Shown: piece after piece, positions 10,141 to 19,279 of the stretch
Numbering within the stretch: position 1 is the first letter of the stretch
Layout of the letters: every line of letters begins with the position of its first letter
NCBI GenBank assembly: GCA_046047315.1
Contig: JBJOID010000162.1
Location: 1-50,853 of the forward strand
Length of the DNA stretch: 50,853 nt
Direction of reading: 5' to 3'
DNA from: Candidatus Hydrogenedentota bacterium
GTDB taxonomy: Bacteria; Hydrogenedentota; Hydrogenedentia; Hydrogenedentales; JAEUWI01
Notes under the pieces: generated by a model
Database searches by the model: none
Told to the model about the DNA's origin: nothing
What the model saw: the letters and a program-made list of their open reading frames with translations, nothing else
Translations under genes and position numbers: made by a program

Positions 10141-12517
10141 GCTGTTCCTCCTCGTTGAGCAGCCGCTCCTCGTCTTCCTCCAACTCGGCGATGGAACGCT
10201 CTCCCGGCCCGTTGTCGGTATACAGCAAAAGTGTGGGCAGGTAAAGCAAGTCACCCAGCAGGGCAAATGTGATCACCATCGCGGTGAGGAAGCCCATGTT
10301 GAAACTGAACTGGAAGGTGGACAGGGTGTTCACTAGGAAACCGCCCACAAGCACAAACGAGGTGACCCACATCGCCTTGCCCACCGAGCCATAGGCGTAG
10401 CGCACGGCGTCTTCGCCGCTGAGCCGATGCACCCGCCGCGCGCGCAGGTACTTGCTCATGAAGTGCACGGTGTCGTCCACCACGATGCCCAGCCCCATCG
10501 CCATGATTCCCGTCATGGAGAAGTTCATGTCCCATCCCAGCAGCCCCCACACGCCAAAACCGAGGGCCAGTGGCATCAGGTTGGGGATGATACTGAGCAG
10601 TCCAAGCTTGAGGCTGCGCAAGGCGAGGATGAGGGTGAGCGATACCGTCAGCAGCGCCACCGGGCTGCTCACCAGCATGTTGCCCGTCATCGTCTGTGCG
10701 ATATGCGCAAACATGACCGGCGGTCCATAGGCGGTGCTCCGCATCACCTCGGGCAGGTGCTCGCGCTGCCACGCGTCGATCACGTCCATCACCCGCAGGA
10801 TTTCCTCCGAGCGGAGGTTGTCCACCGTGACGATGACGCGCGTCTCCGATTTATCGAGGTTGATCTGCGAGGTGAGGTCGAGCCGCGGCGGCAGCGACAT
10901 CTCGTAGAGCAACAGGAACTGCGCCGCCATCTCCTTGTCCTCGGGCAGGCGGTAATAAGCGGGGTCATCGCTGTGCATGCTCTTGTTGAGCCGCTTAAAG
11001 ATATCGGCCACGCTGCTGGCGTGGCTCACTTCGGGGAGCGTGGTAACCCAGTTGCAGAACTCGTCGAGCCGCGCCAGAAAGGCGGGGTCGCTCACACCGC
11101 CCGGCTCGCCCGCGTTGAACACATAGGTGAGCTGATAGATCCCGGTGAGCTGCTCCATCGCGTAGTCCGTGTCGCGGCGGATGGGAATCGAGTCGTCGAA
11201 CCAATCGACGAACTGGTTGTTGATTTCGATGCGCAACACGAAGGCGCCCAGCACGAGCGTGACGATGCTCGATAAGATGCATACGGGCAGCCGGTGGCGG
11301 ATGACCCACTCGCCGAGCGTAAGCATGGCGCTTCGCGTGCGCGAGCTTTCCTTGGCAAGGCTGGTCTTCAGGGGAATCACCGCGATCAGCGCGGGCAGGA
11401 AGGTGATGGCGAAGAGCCAGGCCAGCGCAACGCCCAGCGCGGTGACGTTGCCCAGCGTGGCCACCGGCGGCACCGAGCGCAGGTTCATGCTTAGAAAGCC
11501 AATGATGGTGGTTAGGCTGGTGAGCGAGATGGGTGTGAAGTTCACGCGCATGCTTTCCACCAGCGCGGCCCGCTTCGAATGGCCGTGGCGCATGAAGTAG
11601 ATCATGCTCATCAACAGGTGGATGCAGTCCGCCACGGCGAGCGTGAGGATCATGACAGGCGCCGGAGAGGACGGGCCCGACATCTGCACGCCCGCATGCG
11701 AGGCCAGGCCCACCGCCGACAGACAGGAGATGATGACCACGCTCATGGTGCAGAGCATGAGCCTGAAGGAGCGCAACAGCCACACCATGGTGCCGACAAT
11801 GAGCAGCATCATGATGGGGATGAGCGTCTGCATGTCCCTGTTCGTCGCTTCGAGGAAGGCATGGTTCAGCGGCAGAATGCCGGTGATGCCGATCTCGACC
11901 GACGGATGCCGCGCCACGATATCGTCGCGCAGGGCGCGCGCTGCCTCCACCACCGGCACGCTCTCCAGCGGCCTTTCACCGGGAAGCTGCACCGTCACGT
12001 TCACCCCGGCCACATTCGCCTTGCGGTTGACCAGCCGGTCCACCAGCAGGGGTTCATCCAAGGCGATCTGCCGGGCGCGCTCGCGCTCCTCCGGCGAAGC
12101 TGTTACGATGTCGGGCAGCAGCTCGCCCACATACAGATCATCACCGTCGGCCGAACTGTGTTGATAGTTGGTGATGCTGTCCACCCGATAGGCGTTTGGC
12201 AACAGCCAGCTTCGCTCGGTCAGTTCGTCGATCGCCAGCAGGGCGTCGGTATCGAACACGTTCCCCGACTTGGCGGTCACCACAAAGTAGACGCTGTCGT
12301 CGCGCGAGAAGGTGTCGAGGATGCGGTCGTAGGCGACCAGTTCCGGGTTGTCCTCGTCGAAGAAGACCCGGTAGTTGTCGTTGAATACGAAATGCCGCAG
12401 GCCCGACGCCATCGCCAGAAATGCGACAAGGCTTAGCGCCAGCACCATCCAGCGGTGGCGAATAATCCACCGGGCATACGCGGTGACAAAGCGATCGAAT
12501 TGGCTGAGCTGGCCCAT
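10124..12517 (-). CDS. MMPL-family (RND superfamily) transporter
   Basis: Two repeats of TM plus periplasmic domain; LAVADCIH and GIVVDDTVHF motifs; TSLTTIIGFLS. Confidence 0.9.
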   Translation of the reverse strand: MGQLSQFDRFVTAYARWIIRHRWMVLALSLVAFLAMASGLRHFVFNDNYRVFFDEDNPELVAYDRILDTFSRDDSVYFVVTAKSGNVFDTDALLAIDELTERSWLLPNAYRVDSITNYQHSSADGDDLYVGELLPDIVTASPEERERARQIALDEPLLVDRLVNRKANVAGVNVTVQLPGERPLESVPVVEAARALRDDIVARHPSVEIGITGILPLNHAFLEATNRDMQTLIPIMMLLIVGTMVWLLRSFRLMLCTMSVVIISCLSAVGLASHAGVQMSGPSSPAPVMILTLAVADCIHLLMSMIYFMRHGHSKRAALVESMRVNFTPISLTSLTTIIGFLSMNLRSVPPVATLGNVTALGVALAWLFAITFLPALIAVIPLKTSLAKESSRTRSAMLTLGEWVIRHRLPVCILSSIVTLVLGAFVLRIEINNQFVDWFDDSIPIRRDTDYAMEQLTGIYQLTYVFNAGEPGGVSDPAFLARLDEFCNWVTTLPEVSHASSVADIFKRLNKSMHSDDPAYYRLPEDKEMAAQFLLLYEMSLPPRLDLTSQINLDKSETRVIVTVDNLRSEEILRVMDVIDAWQREHLPEVMRSTAYGPPVMFAHIAQTMTGNMLVSSPVALLTVSLTLILALRSLKLGLLSIIPNLMPLALGFGVWGLLGWDMNFSMTGIMAMGLGIVVDDTVHFMSKYLRARRVHRLSGEDAVRYAYGSVGKAMWVTSFVLVGGFLVNTLSTFQFSFNMGFLTAMVITFALLGDLLYLPTLLLYTDNGPGERSIAELEEDEERLLNEEEQHAALV

Positions 12518-12563
12518 GAGGCGTGAGGCTTTCCCGGAAAGTAGCGCGAGGGCGAAAGTGAAA

Positions 12564-12821
12564 TCAGGCGAGTTGGTCCAAGGGGATGGACTCGTCAATC
12601 AGCATCACCGGGATATCCTCGCGCACGGCGTAGAGATAGGCGCCGTCTTCACGAATCAAGCCCGCCTCGATCGCTTCTTCCACCTTCTCACCGTTGCGAT
12701 ACATGAGCGTGCCCGACGCAATGGCCGCATTGACCTTAGCCACCGTCGCTTCGTCCGCCAGCGACACCGGCGTCTTGTTCTCCGGGCAAACCAGAATGCT
12801 CAGCAGTTCCGAATCCAGCAT
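12564..12821 (-). CDS. Trm112-like small protein
   Basis: LLSILVCPENK...YAVREDIPVMLIDE; GGAGAGGAG RBS. Confidence 0.85.
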   Translation of the reverse strand: MLDSELLSILVCPENKTPVSLADEATVAKVNAAIASGTLMYRNGEKVEEAIEAGLIREDGAYLYAVREDIPVMLIDESIPLDQLA

Positions 12822-12857
12822 GGGAAGTCTCCTCTCCGCACCCGGATTCTAGCGAAT

Positions 12858-12875
12858 TAGCAAGCGCTTTGCCAG
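12858..12875 (-). promoter_or_regulatory. Sigma54 (-24/-12) promoter facing the Trm112-like/MMPL genes
   Basis: Minus strand reads CTGGCAAAGCGCTTGCTA, i.e. GG-N10-GC in a TGGCA...TTGC context, ~40 bp before the start codon. Confidence 0.7.
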
Positions 12876-12882
12876 CCCGTCA

Positions 12883-12962
12883 CCGCCAAAAATCAGGCAC
12901 CTCTTGCAGGTTTGTCACTTTTTGTAGCAATCCTAACTTCCTGCAATGATGGATTTTAGGCA
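12883..12962. promoter_or_regulatory. Three candidate 17-bp enhancer-binding-protein sites
   Basis: ccgccaaaaatcaggca (12883-12899), tgtcactttttgtagca (12913-12929), atgatggattttaggca (12946-12962). All have an A/T core and end in GCA; spaced 30 and 33 bp. Confidence 0.4.
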
Positions 12963-12972
12963 GATTGCCCAC

Positions 12973-13001
12973 TTGCTGGAACCGCTCCTGAATGGTACAG
13001 T
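12973..13001 (+). promoter_or_regulatory. Candidate sigma70 promoter of the NtrC-family gene
   Basis: TTGCTG-17 bp-TACAGT with TG extension. Confidence 0.45.
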
Positions 13002-13027
13002 TACGCGGGTTAAGGAGTCCCGCATCG

Positions 13028-14404
13028 ATGTCAGAACAGGAACGCAGGCCGCAGATGCTGGTCGTGGACGACAAGGCAAACGTCCGCGCGCTGCTCGAGT
13101 CTGCCTTTTCAGACCGGGGCTACGAGGTGACCACCGCCCCCAGTGGAGAGGATGCGATCGGCCTGCTTGGCGAGAAGCCCTTCGACGTGGTGCTGACCGA
13201 TCTGAACATGCCCGGCAAGAACGGGCTGGAAGTCTTGAAGGCGGTAAAGAGCGCCAACAACGACACTGAGGTCATCCTCATCACGGCCTACGGCACCATC
13301 AATACCGCCGTGGAGGCCATGCGCCTTGGCGCGTATGACTTCATCACCAAGCCTTTCAAGATTGCCGAGATCGAGAGCAAGGTGGACCGTATCACCCGGC
13401 GCCTCAACCCTGCCCCGCGCAGCGAGGCGCAGACCTGGATTCACCCCTCGGTCCGACATTTCGTTGCTGCCAGCGCGCAATCGCGCAAGCTCCTCAAGAT
13501 GATTGCCCGCATCGCCCCAAGCAAGAGCTCCGTGCTGATCACGGGCCCCAGTGGCACCGGCAAAGAGCTTGTGGCCCGTGCTATCCATGAGGCCAGCCCG
13601 CGCCGTGACCAGCCCTTCGTCGCCCTCAATTGCGCCGCCCTCGCCCCCGGCGTGCTCGAAAGCGAGCTTTTCGGACACGAGAAAGGCGCCTTCACGGGGG
13701 CCGACCAGCGCCGCGTCGGGCGTTTCGAGCGCGCCAATGGTGGCACCCTCTTCCTCGACGAGGTGGGCGAGATCGAGCCCGGCATCCAGACCAAGCTGCT
13801 GCGCGTCCTCCAGGAATCCGAGATTGAGCGCGTAGGTGGTTTGCAGCCCATCAAGGTCGATGTGCGCATCGTCGCCGCCACCAACCGCGACCTTAAGAGC
13901 GCCATCGAAGAAGGACGCTTCCGCGAGGACTTCTATTACCGCCTCAACGTCTTCTCCCTCCATGTCGACCCGCTCTGCGAACGACCCGACGACATCCCCG
14001 CCCTCGTCGATCACTTCCTCCGAAAGTTCAGCATCGAGCTTGGCAAGGAAGTCTACGATGTGGACGATGAGGTCATTGGGCTCTTCATGCAGTACAGCTG
14101 GCCCGGGAATGTGCGCGAACTTGAGAACACCATCGAGCGCGCCGTCGTGCTCGCCGAGGGACACAGCGTCACTCGCGATGAGCTTCCCCCAGAAATCCTC
14201 CAGCACCACCGCGGGAATGGTCACACCACCGCGCTACGTCCCGACTTCAGCGCCTCGCTTCAGGAGCGCACCGAAAAGATGGAAGCCGAGATGATTCGCG
14301 GTGCCCTTGAAAAATTCCGCTGGAACAAGACCAAAGCCGCCGAGCACCTCGGTCTCAAACGCACCACCCTCCAATACAAGATTCGCAAGTTCGGACTGGA
14401 GTAG
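13028..14404 (+). CDS. Sigma54-dependent response regulator (NtrC/AtoC family: REC-AAA+-Fis HTH)
   Basis: VVDD/TDLNMPG receiver, GPSGTGKE, ESELFGHEKGAFTGA, LFLDEV, WPGNVRELEN, HTH at C-terminus. Confidence 0.96.
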   Translation: MSEQERRPQMLVVDDKANVRALLESAFSDRGYEVTTAPSGEDAIGLLGEKPFDVVLTDLNMPGKNGLEVLKAVKSANNDTEVILITAYGTINTAVEAMRLGAYDFITKPFKIAEIESKVDRITRRLNPAPRSEAQTWIHPSVRHFVAASAQSRKLLKMIARIAPSKSSVLITGPSGTGKELVARAIHEASPRRDQPFVALNCAALAPGVLESELFGHEKGAFTGADQRRVGRFERANGGTLFLDEVGEIEPGIQTKLLRVLQESEIERVGGLQPIKVDVRIVAATNRDLKSAIEEGRFREDFYYRLNVFSLHVDPLCERPDDIPALVDHFLRKFSIELGKEVYDVDDEVIGLFMQYSWPGNVRELENTIERAVVLAEGHSVTRDELPPEILQHHRGNGHTTALRPDFSASLQERTEKMEAEMIRGALEKFRWNKTKAAEHLGLKRTTLQYKIRKFGLE

Positions 14405-14458
14405 TTAGCCTTTGATCGCTGCGCAGGGGGTGACGATTTCCGAAAGCCGGGTCGTATC

Positions 14459-16279
14459 CTAAAACGCAAAGAGCCGTTTGACCCACACACGGGAGCGGGC
14501 GGGCAGCTCGAATTCGAGCGATTGACCGGAGAGTTCCTCGCCGTTGGGAAGGTGCACGGTGCGGGGGCCGTCGGTGAAGCGCAAGGTTATGGCGGCGGGG
14601 GCGTCATTGTGGTTTTGCAGGAAGCAGCCGCCGCCACGCAGGTCAAACAGGGTGACGCCGACGGGCGCGTCAAGCTGGACCTGGGTGGGTATTCGTTTGG
14701 CGAAGGCGCTTCGCAGGGCGCCTGCGGTGGCGCGGTCTACATCGAGCAGGCCCAGCGGAGCGGGGGAGAGCAGTAGTTCTTCGACCTGTTCAAAATCGGC
14801 CTGGGAATAGGTGTGTACATTGAGCACGGCGACCTGGCCGTAGGCCGTTTCGCGGCGGGTGAGAAGCGGCACTTCGCCTGATGGCGCACTGGCGGTGATT
14901 ACGGCTTCGGCGCCTTCGAGATTCATGACGCCTTCAATCGCAACGCCACGCTCGATGGACTGTGGGGCTTGCCCAGACACGGATACCCGCTGGGCGAGGG
15001 CAGGTTCGCGGCGCCAATTCGAGACACCCGCCAGTTCCGCCAGCCGCTCGACGCCTCGCGCATCGGCGAGGAATCCCAGGGTCATCACCAGCGTGCCACC
15101 ACGGGCGATGTAGGCCTCGGCCTTTGCCGCCACGCCGGGATCATGCGCGGCATGCGCGGGCAGCAGCACGGCGGGGCTGTCTTCCGGGAACTCGTGCACC
15201 GGCACCAAGGAAATGCCAAACATGCCGAGGTAGTCCATCAGATACATCTCGCCCGCAGGATCGCTCTGCGCGGGCTTATAGGCCGCTACGCCAGAAACCG
15301 GGTGTTGCGCCACCGTGCGCGCAAGCTCGGCCAACTGCGCAAACTCGGCCCGCAGCAGGTCGTGTCCGCCATGCCCCGTCTTGAGGTCACCGTATTGAAA
15401 GAGCACGGCTTCACGTGCGCCAGCGAGCACGGTGGTGTAGGCCTGCTCGATGAAATCGTTCGCATCGCAGTCGCCGTGATCGAACCACGCCAGTCCCATC
15501 TTTCCGCCCGATAGTCCGGAGAGCCAGCGGTAGTTCACGAGGCCCTCGTAGGGCTGCGTAAAGCCGAAGCGTTTGGTATTGCGGCCGCGGGTCTCTGTGC
15601 CGGCCCAGACTTCGTCGAAGAGGGCGGGCAGGGTGGTCACGTCGTAGCCGAAGAGGTGGAAGCGATCGTACCACTGAGGATACTTGATAATGACATGGAT
15701 ATCGGGATTCTCCTCGCGCATGGGATTGATGATGGTGTCGCGGGCCACGGAGGTAATCAACTCGCGGCGATAAGCGCCCCAATCGCGCTCACCCTTGGCT
15801 TCGAGCGACATGGGGCTGTCGTCCTGCGTGCAGAGGAAGTCGTCTACCACAAAGGCATCGAATACCCGCGCCGCCGCCCGGCAGACGCGCTCCAGGTCAT
15901 CCCGGGTTTTCTGCGCCTGGTAGTTGAACCAGTAACCGCCCCGGTTGGATTCAACGCCGAAATCACCACCCGGCACCGTGGCGATGCCGGCCATCACGGA
16001 GAAGCCGTGCTCGCGGTAGAAATCGCGCAGCGTCTCCAGCTCCCCCTGCTCCAGCTCCACGCCCCCGCGATACACCTCGATGATGACCTTCGATACCAGC
16101 ACGTCGCGCAACACCGGCAGCGTGGCCTCCAGTTCCTCGGGGGAGGCCGCCAAGGCCCGGCCATGGTCGGCCACGATATAGGTGGAATACGCCAGCGCTT
16201 CCTTGTGCTCCAGCGCCAAAGGATGCACCGCCGTTGCAGCCAACGCCGATACGAACAGAGTGGAGAGCAAAGAATTCAT
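14459..16279 (-). CDS. Secreted uncharacterised protein, possibly a glycoside-hydrolase-like barrel plus GH42-type trimerisation domain
   Basis: Signal peptide, 606-aa ORF with host-like codon use; VVDDF, IIKYPQWY and GTETR segments. Function is inference only. Confidence 0.6.
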   Translation of the reverse strand: MNSLLSTLFVSALAATAVHPLALEHKEALAYSTYIVADHGRALAASPEELEATLPVLRDVLVSKVIIEVYRGGVELEQGELETLRDFYREHGFSVMAGIATVPGGDFGVESNRGGYWFNYQAQKTRDDLERVCRAAARVFDAFVVDDFLCTQDDSPMSLEAKGERDWGAYRRELITSVARDTIINPMREENPDIHVIIKYPQWYDRFHLFGYDVTTLPALFDEVWAGTETRGRNTKRFGFTQPYEGLVNYRWLSGLSGGKMGLAWFDHGDCDANDFIEQAYTTVLAGAREAVLFQYGDLKTGHGGHDLLRAEFAQLAELARTVAQHPVSGVAAYKPAQSDPAGEMYLMDYLGMFGISLVPVHEFPEDSPAVLLPAHAAHDPGVAAKAEAYIARGGTLVMTLGFLADARGVERLAELAGVSNWRREPALAQRVSVSGQAPQSIERGVAIEGVMNLEGAEAVITASAPSGEVPLLTRRETAYGQVAVLNVHTYSQADFEQVEELLLSPAPLGLLDVDRATAGALRSAFAKRIPTQVQLDAPVGVTLFDLRGGGCFLQNHNDAPAAITLRFTDGPRTVHLPNGEELSGQSLEFELPARSRVWVKRLFAF

Positions 16280-16317
16280 GGGATGCGCCTCGGGGTGAAT
16301 GAATGCTTGCGAGTATA

Positions 16318-16768
16318 TCAGGACGGCGGGTGGGGTTGGCTTGGTCGGCTTGGAAGCTGCCGATAGACCCAGTCGAGCGCCTGTTTCCTCAGAAGCACCG
16401 GGCCGGTTTCGTGTCCGCCGGGAAAGGTCAGCCGTAGCACCGGACGCGCCTGTTGCTTGAACAATCGCTCACCCTTGGCGGCGCTCTCCGCAATGAAGTC
16501 CTCATCACCATGTATCGCGGCGAACACGATGTGGCGCGGCATTTCTCTCGGCCCAATCATTGAGGTCTTGACATCCCGGATCGGGGAGCGGCGCACAAAA
16601 CGGGATGAAGGGACGCAGCGCGGTCTCGTCGTCATCATAAGCAAGCGGCAAGTAGAAATCCGCCGTGAACTTGTTGCTTCCGCCAACGGGTACGTTGAGA
16701 TACTTGCCCGGTTCGCGCAAGGGTACTTCGGCGAGCACATCCGCGAACCATGTGTTTGCGGGATGCTC
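16318..16768 (-). pseudogene. Degraded esterase (alpha/beta hydrolase) remnant
   Basis: One frame gives an N-terminal-like FYLPLAYDDDETALRPFIPF...DWAERN. Another frame continues HIVFAAIHGDED...TFPGGH...ALDWV. No GxSxG between them and no clear start. Confidence 0.5.
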
Positions 16769-16809
16769 TTAGCCGGGGCGGGGAATGGGAAAAGGGAAGA
16801 CTTCTGACA

Positions 16810-17577
16810 TCAGCCGACAGCCAGCGGCGCGAAGAAGTTGGGTGGCGGCGATGAGATGGTGGCTGCGGGGATGCTTTCGCCCTGCAAGTATCCGCGGACC
16901 AGCCGCCACACGGTGGGGGAGAAGCACATGGCGATGTGGCCGAGGTCGGGCACGTAGACTTCTTCCTCGTGGCGGGCGAAAATGCGGGGAATAACGAGGT
17001 TGTCGGAGCCGCCAATCACGGACAGGAACCGCACATCGGCAGACGCGGAACGCGAGGCTTCCAGTCGGCGCAGGATGGTGGAGCCGGGACGCATCTCGCG
17101 GCCCACGCGGTCGGGCAGCCAATAGGCATTGTAGGTGCCATAGTGCGGCGTGCCCAGCGTAACGCAGCGGTCCACGCGGCGGGCGCCACCCAGCTCCTGC
17201 ACATAGGTGCGCGCCACCAGTCCGCCCAGGCTGTGGCAGACCAGGTCAATCTCTCCGCCGCGCACTTGTTCCTTCAGGAAGGAACGCAGGCCAATGGCCC
17301 CCTGCTCCACGCCACGCGTCGAAGGATAGCGGTAGGGGATCACTTGCCCGATCCCGTGATGCCGCAGGTAGGCGGCCATGGGCATGAAGATGGAAGGATT
17401 GCAGAGGTAGCCATGTACCAGCACGACGGTGCGCTGTTCGCGCTTGCGCGGCGTGGGCCGTGGCCGTGTGCGACGCAGCCCAAAGGGATACAGCATTGCC
17501 GCGGCAATCACCGCCAGGGCCTCGTGCGCCACAAGTCTCCAGGTCGGCTTGCCGGAGGGCGGGTAATCATGGGACAT
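16810..17577 (-). CDS. Lipase/esterase, alpha/beta hydrolase fold
   Basis: VVLVHGY, CHSLGG nucleophile elbow, TLGTPHYGT, DNLV, GHIAM. Confidence 0.88.
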   Translation of the reverse strand: MSHDYPPSGKPTWRLVAHEALAVIAAAMLYPFGLRRTRPRPTPRKREQRTVVLVHGYLCNPSIFMPMAAYLRHHGIGQVIPYRYPSTRGVEQGAIGLRSFLKEQVRGGEIDLVCHSLGGLVARTYVQELGGARRVDRCVTLGTPHYGTYNAYWLPDRVGREMRPGSTILRRLEASRSASADVRFLSVIGGSDNLVIPRIFARHEEEVYVPDLGHIAMCFSPTVWRLVRGYLQGESIPAATISSPPPNFFAPLAVG

Positions 17578-17806
17578 GCGAAGGTTCCTCGATACATCGA
17601 AGGCGCCCATGTAGTGGGCAGGGTCGCCAAGGCAACGATACGCCTGCGCCCTAAGAAACACAAGCGTAGGTGGTCTTGGGGCATGCGCCAGGCGCGCCTA
17701 AATCCCACACCGTGACTGGAACTCTCCCCCGGCCATCGCTATACTCTCTCCCCCGGAGCACCATTGCTTCGGGAACCGCCCCTTGGGGGGGCATTCACGA
17801 GGCTTT

Positions 17807-19279
17807 ATGGACGCAGAATCCCGCTTTTACAAGGGCCTATCCTTCGACGACGTGCTGCTCGAGCCGGCCCGCTCCGACGTGCTTCCCCGCGACGTAGATC
17901 TTTCGACACGTCTCACACGCGGCATTACCATGAACATCCCCGTGACGAGCGCCGCTATGGACACCGTAACGGAGTCGCGCCTCGCCATTGCCCTCGCCCG
18001 CGAAGGCGGCATCGGCATGATCCACAAGAACCTCACCATCCAGGAACAGGTGAGCGAAGTGGATCGGGTGAAGCGATCGCAGGCGGGTATCGTCACCGAC
18101 CCGTTCACGCTGACGGCGGAGCACAGCCTGCAGGACGCCGAGAACATGATGGCGCACTACCGCGTGTCGGGCGTGCCCATCACGGACAAGGATGGCTACC
18201 TCGTTGGCATCCTCACCAACCGTGACATGCGCTTCGAGGAGGACTTCACCAAGCCAATCAGCGCCGCGATGACGCCGAAGGATCGGCTGGTGACTGTGGC
18301 GCCCGGCACCACGCACGAGGAAGCGAAGAAGCTGCTGCACAAGCACCGCATTGAAAAGCTCCCCATCGTGGATGCGCAGGGCAAGCTGAAGGGCCTGCTT
18401 ACCATCAAGGACATCCAGAAGGCGAAGGACTACCCGAACCGTTGCGTGGACGAAATGAACCGCCTGCGCGTGGGCGCGGCGCTGGGCGTGGGCGCGGGTG
18501 AGGTGGAGCGCGCGGGGGCGCTGCTGGCAGCGGGCGCCGACGTGCTCGTGGTGGATTCGGCGCACGGCCATTCGGCCATGGTGGCGGAGACAGTGCGCAT
18601 CATCAAGAAGGAATTGCCCAATTGCCAGCTCATCGCGGGGAACATCGTGACGGGCGAGGCCGCGCGCGACCTGATTGAGGCAGGCGTGGACGCGGTGAAG
18701 GTGGGGGTGGGGCCAGGCAGCATATGCACCACGCGCGTGGTGGCGGGGGTGGGGGTGCCCCAGCTTTCGGCCGTGTTCAACGTGGTCGAAGTGGCGCGTC
18801 CCAATGGCGTGCCCGTCATCGCCGATGGCGGCATCAAGTATTCCGGCGACATTGCCAAGGCCATTGCCGGGGGTGCGGATTGCGTGATGATCGGCAGCCT
18901 CTTCGCGGGCACCGAGGAAAGCCCAGGCGACAGCGTGCTCTACGAGGGCCGCACCTACAAGGTGGTCCGCGGCATGGGCAGCATCAAGGCGATGCAGCGC
19001 GGCAGCAAGACCCGCTACATGCAGTTCGACGACGAGCCCAAGAAGCTGGTGCCCGAGGGCATCGAGGCGCGCGTGCCCTATCGCGGCGGCCTGTCAGACT
19101 ACGTGCACCAGCTCGTCGGCGGCGTGCGCGCCAGCATGGGCTACTGCGGTTGCCGCAACATTGCCGAGATGCAGACCAAACCCCGTTTCATTGAAATCAC
19201 CGCAGCCGGCCTCCGAGAAAGTCACCCCCACGACGTCACGATTACGGAGGACGCGCCGAACTATCAGGTGCCAAGATAA
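17807..19279 (+). CDS. guaB: IMP dehydrogenase
   Basis: [11 protein letters not shown] pair, [22 protein letters not shown]. Confidence 0.98.
   Translation: MDAESRFYKGLSFDDVLLEPARSDVLPRDVDLSTRLTRGITMNIPVTSAAMDTVTESRLAIALAREGGIGMIHKNLTIQEQVSEVDRVKRSQAGIVTDPFTLTAEHSLQDAENMMAHYRVSGVPITDKDGYLVGILTNRDMRFEEDFTKPISAAMTPKDRLVTVAPGTTHEEAKKLLHKHRIEKLPIVDAQGKLKGLLTIKDIQKAKDYPNRCVDEMNRLRVGAALGVGAGEVERAGALLAAGADVLVVDSAHGHSAMVAETVRIIKKELPNCQLIAGNIVTGEAARDLIEAGVDAVKVGVGPGSICTTRVVAGVGVPQLSAVFNVVEVARPNGVPVIADGGIKYSGDIAKAIAGGADCVMIGSLFAGTEESPGDSVLYEGRTYKVVRGMGSIKAMQRGSKTRYMQFDDEPKKLVPEGIEARVPYRGGLSDYVHQLVGGVRASMGYCGCRNIAEMQTKPRFIEITAAGLRESHPHDVTITEDAPNYQVPR

Noticed and set aside
12894-12909. CAGGCACCTCTTGCAG as a plus-strand sigma54 promoter
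   Set aside because: GG to GC spacing is 8 nt rather than the required 10.
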